Assembly (NCBI GenBank): GCA_037129855.1
Contig: JBAXUC010000001.1
Location: forward strand, 1 to 44,213
DNA: 44,213 bases
From: Actinomycetota bacterium
Lineage (GTDB): Bacteria; Actinomycetota; Acidimicrobiia; Acidimicrobiales; Ilumatobacteraceae
Direction: 5' to 3'
Position 1 is the stretch's first letter; each line of letters opens with the position of its first letter. The position numbers were made by a program, and so were the translations under genes. The notes beneath the pieces are model-generated. The model made no database searches and had not been told where the DNA came from. It was given only the letters and a program-made list of their open reading frames with translations. This document shows positions 18,836 to 26,541 of this stretch, piece after piece.

Positions 18836-19270
18836 ATGACTGACCGCGCTGCACAGACCACTCTCATCTCGGCCCCTCTTAATGCATGTTGGGATGTTGT
18901 TCTCGGATTCGAGAATTACCCCGATTGGGCCAAAGATGTCAAGGAAGCAAATGTTTTGACACGCGACAATGACGGTCGCGGACTTCGGGTCGAATATCGC
19001 GCATCGGCTCTTGGTCGCAGCACGCGTTACACACTTGAATATGACTATTCACAACAGCCGTCTCGTCTGTCATGGCATCTGGTGGAAGGTGACATCATGC
19101 GTGCGCTCAACGGCGCATATTCATTTGTTGAAGTTGATGGCGGTACTCAAGTCTTTTATGAACTGGAACTGGAACTTGTTGTTCCTCTTCCTGGTTTTGT
19201 GAAGCGCCGTGCAGAGGCACGAATTCTCATCGAAGCAGTCAAAGAACTGAAGGCTCGCGCCGAGTCGTGA
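18836..19270 (+). CDS. SRPBCC (START/polyketide cyclase-dehydrase-like) family protein
   Basis: 144 aa from the ATG at 18836 (MTDRAAQTTLISAPLNACWDVVLGFENYPDWA...), typical of the SRPBCC N-terminus. The track start 18782 overlaps the upstream gene. Confidence 0.75.
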   Translation: MTDRAAQTTLISAPLNACWDVVLGFENYPDWAKDVKEANVLTRDNDGRGLRVEYRASALGRSTRYTLEYDYSQQPSRLSWHLVEGDIMRALNGAYSFVEVDGGTQVFYELELELVVPLPGFVKRRAEARILIEAVKELKARAES

Positions 19271-20127
19271 GTTTCGTTGGAATTGATGTTGGTGGCACAA
19301 AGTGCCATGGCGTCCGCGTTGACGAACATGGTGTTGTTCTCGAAGAGATCAGATACCCGACGCCACATGCATCGGACTTGGTTGATCTGCTTGAGGCGAT
19401 GTTTCATGAACTCTCTGGAACACAAACTCTTGGTGTCGGAGTCCCCGGACTAATCACGCCAGACGGAATCGTGCGTGCGTCTCCCAATATGAAGGGCGCA
19501 CACAACATTGCAGTTGGTCCTGAACTTCGTTCACGCCTAGGCATCAGCGTTCATGTTGAAAATGATGCAACGATGGCGGCATTCGGAGAATGGAAAGCTG
19601 GTGCTGCGATTGGAGCCATGAATGCAGTGATTGTCACGTTAGGTACGGGTATTGGTGGCGGCATTGTGATGGGCGGTCAATTGCAACGCGGCGCTAATGG
19701 GTTCGCGGGCGAAATTGGACACATGGTTGTGCAACACAATGGCGAATTGTGCGTGTGTGGCAGGCGAGGTTGCTGGGAACGATACGCATCGGGTTCCGCA
19801 TTGCGAATGTTGAGCGGCGGTATGAGCGGCGAAGATGTATTTGCGGCAGCTAGTTCAGGCGAAAGTCATGCACTATCTGTCGTTGCTGCTTTTGCAGATT
19901 GGGTTGCAGTTGGTCTTGCAAGTCTCACGAATATTTGTGACCCAGAAGTGATTGTTATTGGCGGAGGAGTCGTGCAGTCCTTCGAACTCGTACTTGAGTC
20001 TGTGTCGAAGAGTTTTTCTGCCGCTTTGTATTCATCCGAATCGCGACCACATCCTGCTTTGCATGTTGCGGCATTGGGAGAACGCGCTGGCGCAATCGGG
20101 TGCGCCCTATTTATGACTCAGGGCTAG
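19267..20127 (+). CDS. ROK-family sugar kinase (glucokinase-like)
   Basis: 286 aa. VGIDVGGTK N-terminus, ENDATMAAFGE, and the ROK zinc motif GHMVV...CVCGRRGCWE. GTGA overlap with the upstream gene. Confidence 0.85.
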   Translation: MSFVGIDVGGTKCHGVRVDEHGVVLEEIRYPTPHASDLVDLLEAMFHELSGTQTLGVGVPGLITPDGIVRASPNMKGAHNIAVGPELRSRLGISVHVENDATMAAFGEWKAGAAIGAMNAVIVTLGTGIGGGIVMGGQLQRGANGFAGEIGHMVVQHNGELCVCGRRGCWERYASGSALRMLSGGMSGEDVFAAASSGESHALSVVAAFADWVAVGLASLTNICDPEVIVIGGGVVQSFELVLESVSKSFSAALYSSESRPHPALHVAALGERAGAIGCALFMTQG

Positions 20128-21574
20128 CCCAACTGCGTGAGCGTTCCACGGCGCGTAGCCATTGAGCATGTGAGGCATCGGGATTGCCGGGCTCGAATCG
20201 TTTGTCGAGTGTCCACATCGAAGCAATTTCATCAAGGTTCGCCCACACGCCTTCTGCTAACCCGGCCAAGTACGCAGCGCCTAATGCAGTGGTCTCATGA
20301 TCTGTTGGTCGCAAAACAGGCACACCCAGTGCATCTGACTGACGTTGCAACATTGCGTCCATCACAGAAGCGCCACCATCAACACGTAGTTCGGCAAGGG
20401 TGACTCCACCTGCGTGAGTCATTGCGTCAATTGCATCGCGAGTTTGATGAACCATCGCGTCAACCACGGCTCGAGCAATGTGAGCCTTAGTGGTGCCGCG
20501 AGTAATGCCAATGATTGATCCGCGCGCATACGGATCCCACCATGGACTTCCTAAGCCTGTAAAGGCTGGCACTACACACACCCCGCCTGAATCCGGCACA
20601 GATTCTGCCAATGGTCCGATCTCGGAAGAATCATTGATGATGCCAAGTCCATCGCGTAACCATTGAACTGCAGCGCCGGTAACAAAGATTGCTCCCTCAA
20701 GCGCATACACGGGCGCACCATCTCCAAGGTCCCACGCAACAGTGGTGAGCATTCCATCTGCAGGGGTCGGACATGTTGTGCCGATATTGAGAAGAACAAA
20801 ACTTCCCGTTCCGTAGGTGTTCTTTGCCATGCCAACGCTTGTACACGCTTGTCCAAACAACGCTGCTTGTTGGTCACCGGCAATTCCAGAGATTGGTATT
20901 CCGTTCGGCACGCCAGGAACATCAGTGGTGACACCAAATCGTCCACTTGATGGTTGCACGGTCGGCAGTACTGACATGGGAACGCCAAGTAGTTCGCACA
21001 TTTCTGCGCTCCATTGCATTGTGTTGATGTCGAACAACATGGTGCGACTTGCATTAGAGGGGTCTGTGACGAATGCGGCCCCTGCAGTCAGTTTCCAAAC
21101 CAGCCACGAGTCAATTGTTCCGATACGTAAATGTTCAATCGGGGGAACTGATGTGTGTCGTAACAGCCACGCAGCCTTAGTGCCGGAAAAATACGGATCA
21201 AGCACCAGGCCGGTTACTGCGCGAACACGATCAAGGTGTGGCAGTAACTCCGAACATCTTTCTGCCGTACGACGATCTTGCCAGACAATTGCATGCGCTG
21301 TCGGTTGTCCCGTTCGTTTGTCCCACGCCAACACTGTCTCACGTTGGTTAGTGATTCCAATGGCCGAAACGGGCTGAGTGAGTTGGCCGCATACATCTTG
21401 CAACGTGGCCACAATTGCATCCCAAATTTCAAGTGCATCGTGTTCAACCCATCCTGGTTGAGGAAAAAATTGAGTGAATTCCCTGTATGCGGAAAATGAT
21501 TCGTGTCCATCATCAAAGACGGCGCGTGTGCGCACTCCGGTGGTGCCAGCGTCAATCGCGAGCACCACGCTCAT
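20111..21574 (-). CDS. glpK: Glycerol kinase
   Basis: 487 aa. Motifs LAIDAGTTGVR, GITNQRETVLAWDKRTGQP..AIVWQDRRT, GDQQAALFGQ and YGTGSF are diagnostic GlpK signatures. Confidence 0.95.
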   Translation of the reverse strand: MSVVLAIDAGTTGVRTRAVFDDGHESFSAYREFTQFFPQPGWVEHDALEIWDAIVATLQDVCGQLTQPVSAIGITNQRETVLAWDKRTGQPTAHAIVWQDRRTAERCSELLPHLDRVRAVTGLVLDPYFSGTKAAWLLRHTSVPPIEHLRIGTIDSWLVWKLTAGAAFVTDPSNASRTMLFDINTMQWSAEMCELLGVPMSVLPTVQPSSGRFGVTTDVPGVPNGIPISGIAGDQQAALFGQACTSVGMAKNTYGTGSFVLLNIGTTCPTPADGMLTTVAWDLGDGAPVYALEGAIFVTGAAVQWLRDGLGIINDSSEIGPLAESVPDSGGVCVVPAFTGLGSPWWDPYARGSIIGITRGTTKAHIARAVVDAMVHQTRDAIDAMTHAGGVTLAELRVDGGASVMDAMLQRQSDALGVPVLRPTDHETTALGAAYLAGLAEGVWANLDEIASMWTLDKRFEPGNPDASHAQWLRAVERSRSWASPES

Positions 21575-22377
21575 GAAGCGCCTGGCCCCGATGTTGCAAT
21601 GAGATGAATGAGGTCCGCGTGTACTCCGGGAGTTGCAGCCAGTACCTGTGCGGGGGTAACAGGATTTCCGACGTAATCAGAAAATATTGCGCCGGCCTCA
21701 GTTGCTATCACTTGGCCTGCGACTAGGTCCCATGAATGAAGGTGTTCTTCGAAGTAGGCATCAAGGCGACCGCATGCAACGAAACATAAGTCAACAGCAG
21801 CTGCACCAAACCGACGAATGTCTCGCACCTTCATCACAATGTCGGCAACGCGTTTAGCGTGTACTTCACGTTCACTGATTCGGTAGCTGTATCCGGTACA
21901 CACGAGAGCATCTGCCACGTCGTTATTGTCGCGAACTCTGATTGGCATTCCGTTGACAGTGGCCCCTTCTGTGCGGGCGGCACTGAACATCTCACTGAGT
22001 GCAGGAACATAAACGGCCCCAGCAAGTGGTCCATGTTCATCAACCGCACCAATTGACACCGCCCACATCGGAAGATCGAAATAGAAATTCGTTGTTCCAT
22101 CGATTGGGTCAATGTGCCATGTAATTCCAGATGTGCCCTGTTTGGCTGCGCCTTCTTCTCCGATAATCGCATCATCGGGACGAACCTGCGCCAAGCCCTC
22201 AGTAATCATTGCTTCACTTGCTTTATCAAACTTCGTCACCATGTCAATTGGTGACGACTTTGTTGTCGCAGAGAGTGGGCCACTTTTGCGTCCGCTAAGC
22301 GCCATGTCTCCGGCTTCGCGGGCAAGCGATTCGGCAATCTGACGCAATTGAGATCCGAGGGATGGTGAACTGCTCAT
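21571..22377 (-). CDS. Inositol monophosphatase family protein (SuhB/ImpA-like)
   Basis: Motifs IIGEEG, WHIDPIDGTTNF and WDLVAG. I chose the ATG at 22377, which forms an ATGA overlap with the stop of the upstream small membrane ORF. The track start 22512 adds a non-homologous R/W-rich extension. Confidence 0.85.
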   Translation of the reverse strand: MSSSPSLGSQLRQIAESLAREAGDMALSGRKSGPLSATTKSSPIDMVTKFDKASEAMITEGLAQVRPDDAIIGEEGAAKQGTSGITWHIDPIDGTTNFYFDLPMWAVSIGAVDEHGPLAGAVYVPALSEMFSAARTEGATVNGMPIRVRDNNDVADALVCTGYSYRISEREVHAKRVADIVMKVRDIRRFGAAAVDLCFVACGRLDAYFEEHLHSWDLVAGQVIATEAGAIFSDYVGNPVTPAQVLAATPGVHADLIHLIATSGPGAS

Positions 22378-22715
22378 GAGGCGTCCGAAATTTGTTGCCA
22401 TTCGCCGTGGACTCGTAAAACGAGGACTGCGATGATGGCGGTTCCGCCAGCGCCAATCAGGCTGCAGATCAACATTCCCGCACCTGTCGGCACAGTGCAG
22501 ATTCCAACGCATTGTGAATCAATGAGGCCGTAACCCAGCAGCCCCCCTGCGAGACCACCGAGCAGGATTGAGCAAAAAGCGATGACTCGTGCAGCGACCG
22601 ATGGCAGAGCAGAAAGAGAAGAGGTGGAGTCTGGCACCTGACCATCGTAGGCGTGGCGGCATGACGAGTGCAGTAGCGTTTCCGTGAAATGACCACTAAC
22701 CGTTCGATTCTTCAC
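22374..22715 (-). CDS. Small Gly-rich two-TM membrane protein, unknown function
   Basis: An ORF with two hydrophobic Gly-rich segments (VIAFCSILLGGLAGGLLGYGLI; GMLICSLIGAGGTAIIAVLVL), translationally coupled to the IMPase gene. The GTG start at 22715 overlaps divergent dinB; an alternative GTG is at 22637. Confidence 0.4.
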   Translation of the reverse strand: MKNRTVSGHFTETLLHSSCRHAYDGQVPDSTSSLSALPSVAARVIAFCSILLGGLAGGLLGYGLIDSQCVGICTVPTGAGMLICSLIGAGGTAIIAVLVLRVHGEWQQISDAS

Positions 22716-23951
22716 ATTGATATGGATGCCTTCTATGTGTCGGTTGAGTTATTGCGTCATCCTGAACTGCGCGGACTGCCGGTTGTCGTGGGTGGAACGG
22801 GAGGTCGCGGCGTGGTGGCCGCTGCTTCCTATGAAGCCCGACGATACGGGATCCGCTCTGCAATTTCGTCAGCTATCGCGCGCAAGTTATGCCCTGATGC
22901 TGTGTTCATTGCACCCGATATTTCCCACTATGTCGAATTCAGTCAAAAGTTGCACACCATCTTTGAGTCGTTCACGCCACTTGTTGAACAGATCTCTATC
23001 GATGAAGCATTTCTTGATGTCACTGGGGCATCGCTGTTGATGGGGGATGCTGTTTCAATCGCGTGGGCATTACGTGAGCGCGTGCTGTCTGAAACTCTGT
23101 TGACCTGCAGCGTCGGTGTTGCGCCGAATAAATTTCTTGCCAAACTCGCGTCTGAACATGCCAAGCCCCGAGCAACGGCTGGCGGAGTTCAGCGCGGGTA
23201 TCAAGTATTTGAAGTAAAGCGCGGACACGAATCTGAATTCTTGTTGCCTCTTCCGGTGCAAGCACTGTGGGGTGTTGGGCCTGCAACGCTTGCAAAACTT
23301 GAGGCTATTGGTGTTCGCATTGTTGCTGATTTGGCCGAACTGGATGTTGACATCGTGTGTGCTGCCGTAGGCGATGTGAACGGACGGCATCTCCATGCTC
23401 TTGCACGAGGGATAGATGATCGGACAGTCGAACCTGAACGAATTGCCAAATCAATCGGTCATGAAGAGACGTTCTCTGCAGACCTCACTACGCACGAAGA
23501 ACTGCGAGTCCAATTGGTGCGACTATGTGATGCGGTGGCACGTCGTACTCGTGATGCTGGTGTCGCTGCTGGCACTTTGTTGTTGAAAGTAAAATTCTCA
23601 TCGTTTGAGTCGGTCACTCGGTCAGTGACTCCTTCTGTTCCATTGACGACAGGGCCATCAATGGTGGCAGCTCTCGAGCCACTGTTAGCGATGTTGGATT
23701 ACGCACAAGGTGTTCGACTGCTTGGCGTTCATGCACAAAAATTGGCCGAGCAAAGCGAGAGGATTCCGCGATTGTTCGACGATGGGGGAGACACTCCAGA
23801 AGATATTGAAGAGCAATGGAAACCAGCCAGCAAAGCAGTTGACCTCATCGTCGATCGATTTGGAGCCGGGATGATCGGGCCTGTCAGCGGACTCAACTCC
23901 CGAAAGCCTGGCCAGAACCCTTCTGGTCCCGTCCTCGACGAAGGCTCCTGA
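22689..23951 (+). CDS. dinB: DNA polymerase IV (Y-family)
   Basis: 420 aa. ILHIDMDAFYVSVE, SIDEAFLDVTG and the little-finger domain are typical of the family. Confidence 0.95.
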   Translation: MTTNRSILHIDMDAFYVSVELLRHPELRGLPVVVGGTGGRGVVAAASYEARRYGIRSAISSAIARKLCPDAVFIAPDISHYVEFSQKLHTIFESFTPLVEQISIDEAFLDVTGASLLMGDAVSIAWALRERVLSETLLTCSVGVAPNKFLAKLASEHAKPRATAGGVQRGYQVFEVKRGHESEFLLPLPVQALWGVGPATLAKLEAIGVRIVADLAELDVDIVCAAVGDVNGRHLHALARGIDDRTVEPERIAKSIGHEETFSADLTTHEELRVQLVRLCDAVARRTRDAGVAAGTLLLKVKFSSFESVTRSVTPSVPLTTGPSMVAALEPLLAMLDYAQGVRLLGVHAQKLAEQSERIPRLFDDGGDTPEDIEEQWKPASKAVDLIVDRFGAGMIGPVSGLNSRKPGQNPSGPVLDEGS

Positions 23952-24007
23952 CATAGAACACACCGAGGCACATTGCGTTTGGGACAGCGAGGTGAGACAA
24001 TACAGAT

Positions 24008-24337
24008 GTGCCATTGTCAGACGAAGAACAAAGAATCCTGCGTGAGATTGAAGCTCAGCTCAAAACTGATGAGAAGTTTGCTAACGCTGTGTCCTCATCG
24101 GGGTTGTATCGCCATTCTGCCCGCCGTGTGTGGTGGGCCCTTGTTGGTGTCATTGTGTCTCTTGTGGCTGTCGTTGCCAGCCTGCAGATTCATTTCTTGA
24201 TTGCCTTTGCTGCCTTTGTTGTGATGATGGGCTTTGCCTTAGTCATTGAACGTCAGGTCCGATTGATTGGACGCGCAGGGGTGCAAGACCTTGCCCAAAC
24301 AATTCGTAAGCCCCGCGTCAAGTTTCCTCACAATTAA
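24008..24337 (+). CDS. DUF3040 domain membrane protein
   Basis: 109 aa with a GTG start and GAGGTGAG SD. N-terminal PLSDEEQRILREIEAQL followed by two TM segments is the classic DUF3040 architecture found upstream of actinobacterial dcw clusters. Confidence 0.8.
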   Translation: MPLSDEEQRILREIEAQLKTDEKFANAVSSSGLYRHSARRVWWALVGVIVSLVAVVASLQIHFLIAFAAFVVMMGFALVIERQVRLIGRAGVQDLAQTIRKPRVKFPHN

Positions 24338-24365
24338 TCCAGGTTTGCCCACTACTGTTGGCGCT

Positions 24366-24656
24366 ATGCAAACCGCAGAATCCACTTCGAAAAGCGACTC
24401 TGCATTCCTGTCTATTCTTGGAGCAGTCGTTGTCCGACCGTGGCTGTGGGTCACTGCACTTGCCCAGGCCTATCGGTTAGTGCCACATGGTTGGTGGCGC
24501 ACCTCGCCATTCCTGCCCGTTCCATCTCAGGACTACATGGAGTTTCGCTTGGTGACTCAATATGGCGGTGGACACGGTGTCGCGCGTGGCCCCATTCGGT
24601 CGCAAGATGTTGTCGCCTACTTACGGTGGTGCAGACGCTGGAGTAGCGAAAACTGA
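24366..24656 (+). CDS. Small W/R-rich hypothetical protein
   Basis: 96 aa from the ATG at 24366 (RPWLWVTAL...HGWWRTSPFLPVP...YLRWCRRW). The stop overlaps the ATG of the HNH gene (TGATG at 24654-24658). Confidence 0.5.
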   Translation: MQTAESTSKSDSAFLSILGAVVVRPWLWVTALAQAYRLVPHGWWRTSPFLPVPSQDYMEFRLVTQYGGGHGVARGPIRSQDVVAYLRWCRRWSSEN

Positions 24657-25153
24657 TGAGAAGCGCACTCGTTCTCAATGCAACATATGAACCACTCAGT
24701 GTTGTGTCGGCCCGACGTGCGATCTGTCTTGTCCTGTGCGATAAAGCTGAAGTCATCGCAGACGACGGAACAGTTGTTCACTCAGAGCGGCTTACCTTGG
24801 CATCACCAATCGTCATTCGTTTGCGGTATGTAGTGAAAGTGCCATATCACCGCAACGCAACCATGTCGCGACGTGCCGTGTTTGCTCGCGATCATCATCG
24901 TTGTGGCTATTGCGGTGGAACCGCCGACAGCATTGACCATGTCATGCCCCGTTCTCGCGGTGGAAAAAATGTATGGGAAAATGTTATTGCTGCATGCCGT
25001 GGATGCAATCTCCGAAAGCGCGATCGCACGCCAGAAGAAGCTGGCATGCAGTTGTCGAGCATTCCGCGTGCGCCACGGGAGATGTCATGGATTATGTATG
25101 CCGTGCCGCGAGTTCCCGATCAGTGGAAGCCGTACCTGGCCGTGGCCAGTTAA
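24656..25153 (+). CDS. HNH endonuclease family protein
   Basis: 165 aa. The HNH/zinc motif is RDHHRCGYCGG...DHVMPRSRGG...WENVIAACRGCNLRK, and the N-terminal LVLNATYEPL segment is common in this small HNH family. Confidence 0.85.
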   Translation: MRSALVLNATYEPLSVVSARRAICLVLCDKAEVIADDGTVVHSERLTLASPIVIRLRYVVKVPYHRNATMSRRAVFARDHHRCGYCGGTADSIDHVMPRSRGGKNVWENVIAACRGCNLRKRDRTPEEAGMQLSSIPRAPREMSWIMYAVPRVPDQWKPYLAVAS

Positions 25154-25171
25154 CTCGAATCGAATTCCCCA

Positions 25172-25861
25172 ATGACTACCCCTTCTATGGAGTGGGGCCG
25201 CCATGACTGGATAGGTACCGCTGCAGATTTTCATGCAATGGAATTGCCTGCAGAACGTGCAATGTGGTGGTGCCACGTTGTGGCTCCAACTGTGATTCTT
25301 GGATCAACTCAATCAGTTGATGATGTAAATCAGATGATCGCAGACGAAAGTGGCGTGTTGGTGTCGCGACGTCGAAGTGGTGGGGGTGCGGTATTCGTGC
25401 ACCCATCAGATTCCGTATGGATTGACATAACAATCAGCAGAAATGATCCGTTGTGGAAAGACGATGTTGCGCAGTCAATGCTGTGGCTTGGTGAATGCTT
25501 TGTTGAAGCACTGTCGCCATGGATTCAAGCCGAGGTGTATCGCGATTCTTTTTCAACCGGAATTGACGGTCGCGTTGTGTGCTTTGCAAGTTCATCTCCT
25601 GGAGAAGTTTTTGTGGGTGCAAATAAACTGGTAGGCATTAGTCAACGTCGTGGTCGAGAGGGTGCCAGATTTCAGTGTGTGTTGTATCGACACTGGAAAC
25701 CAGGTGAGTGGTCGCCGATCCTTGCTTCCGTAGATGTGCGGTCACGAGTTGCAGATATTGCCGTGGCGACCCTCGATATCCCGGCTCTCACCCTTGTCAA
25801 TGCCGTTTCTGAGCGACTCTCTGGCCCAGGTGGGGAAGAGAGTGGTGAAATTTGGGGGTAA
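25172..25861 (+). CDS. Lipoate/biotin protein ligase (BPL_LplA_LipB) family protein
   Basis: 229 aa. VILGSTQS...VSRRRSGGGAVFV and KLVGISQRR (candidate catalytic Lys) resemble the LplA/LipB catalytic-domain fold. Confidence 0.65.
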   Translation: MTTPSMEWGRHDWIGTAADFHAMELPAERAMWWCHVVAPTVILGSTQSVDDVNQMIADESGVLVSRRRSGGGAVFVHPSDSVWIDITISRNDPLWKDDVAQSMLWLGECFVEALSPWIQAEVYRDSFSTGIDGRVVCFASSSPGEVFVGANKLVGISQRRGREGARFQCVLYRHWKPGEWSPILASVDVRSRVADIAVATLDIPALTLVNAVSERLSGPGGEESGEIWG

Positions 25862-25888
25862 ATGGTTGACAGTGGGGGGAAGTGGGGA
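25841..25888 (+). promoter_or_regulatory. Candidate MraZ operator: five GTGGG-like boxes with exact 10-bp phasing
   Basis: TGG cores sit at 25843, 25853, 25863, 25873 and 25883 (aGTGGt, tTTGGg, aATGGt, aGTGGg, aGTGGg), with a sixth box, gGTGGg, at 25831. The array lies immediately upstream of mraZ and overlaps the 3' end of the preceding gene. Confidence 0.55.
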
Positions 25889-25892
25889 TAAT
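25866..25892 (+). promoter_or_regulatory. Putative sigma-70-type mraZ promoter (-35 TTGACA, -10 GATAAT)
   Basis: TTGACA is at 25866-25871 and GATAAT at 25887-25892. The spacer is only 15 nt, which is short. The two perfect GTGGGG boxes fill the spacer, and the mraZ GTG lies 48 nt downstream. Confidence 0.35.
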
Positions 25893-25939
25893 CTGTCCCA
25901 CGGGAGAGGCGGAGAACTTCACCCAGGAAGGCAGAGACC

Positions 25940-26356
25940 GTGTTTGTTGGAGTGCATGAGCGACAGCTCGACCCAAAAGGTCGACTCGCCCTCCCTGCTG
26001 CATTTCGCCCCCGTCTCGAGCCCCGCTGTTACTTGGCCTTTGGTCGCGATAAGTGCATAGACGTCCTCACTGCTGAAGCCTTCGAGCAAGTAGCAGAGGA
26101 AATGCTGCAAAAAGTGCGCAGCGGAGAAATGGACCGCAACGAACAGCGCGCACTTGCCGCAAACACCGTCGAGGTCACCATTGATGCACAAGGTCGCGTG
26201 AACCTTGATGAAAAACTTCGCGAATACGCAGGAGTGCAATTGGGCTCACGAGTGATTGTCGCTGGATCCTTTGATCGTGTCGAAATCTGGGAGCCAGATC
26301 GCCATGATCGCAACATCAGTTCGGGTACCGAACAAATAGCTGGAGCGGGCGCGTGA
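25940..26356 (+). CDS. mraZ: Transcriptional regulator MraZ
   Basis: 138 aa with a GTG start. MFVGVHERQLDPKGRLALPAAFR, plus a second SpoVT-AbrB repeat (IDAQGRVNLDEKLREYA). Confidence 0.95.
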   Translation: MFVGVHERQLDPKGRLALPAAFRPRLEPRCYLAFGRDKCIDVLTAEAFEQVAEEMLQKVRSGEMDRNEQRALAANTVEVTIDAQGRVNLDEKLREYAGVQLGSRVIVAGSFDRVEIWEPDRHDRNISSGTEQIAGAGA

Positions 26357-26396
26357 TTCCCGATGCTCTACAAGTCTTTTCAATCAGTCAGCGGCC

Positions 26397-26520
26397 GACG
26401 GTCTCTGGCAGTCTCCCGGATGGCACGGTGGTTAGCTCCAACTCCGCCCGCTACCATCGCGCACATTCCGGGGATACATCCGGGTGGCATTTGCTTTCCG
26501 GGAGGCTGCCAGGGACCGTC
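26397..26520 (+). promoter_or_regulatory. Structured RNA element in the rsmH leader (candidate actinobacterial mraW-type motif)
   Basis: 26397-26420 pairs with 26497-26520 over 24 consecutive bp. Two of these are U-G wobbles that would be A-C mismatches on the other strand. Inner helices are 26426-26432/26453-26459 and 26467-26471/26480-26484. A separate palindrome, TGACACagGTGTCA (26526-26539), covers the AGGTG SD of rsmH. Confidence 0.5.
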
Positions 26521-26541
26521 CGTCATGACACAGGTGTCAAC

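Noticed and set aside
22689-22715. SOS (LexA) box at the dinB start
   Set aside because: Only a GTTCGA half-site (22702-22707) is present. The partner TCGAAC at the required 4-nt spacing is absent, and the half-site lies inside the coding sequence.
24656-25153. HNH endonuclease as a mobile homing element or restriction/defence gene
   Set aside because: It has no flanking repeats, intein or intron context, methyltransferase or other defence partners. It is embedded by start/stop overlap in a co-directional housekeeping operon.
26353-26541. RsmH starting at GTG 26353 (GTGA overlap with the mraZ stop), giving a 63-aa N-terminal extension
   Set aside because: The extension has no RsmH homology, is Ser/Gly/Arg/His-rich, and coincides with a 24-bp RNA helix that has strand-specific wobbles. 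An ATG with an AGGTG SD sits exactly where homology begins. This is not fully excluded; see the finding on the mraZ-rsmH spacer.
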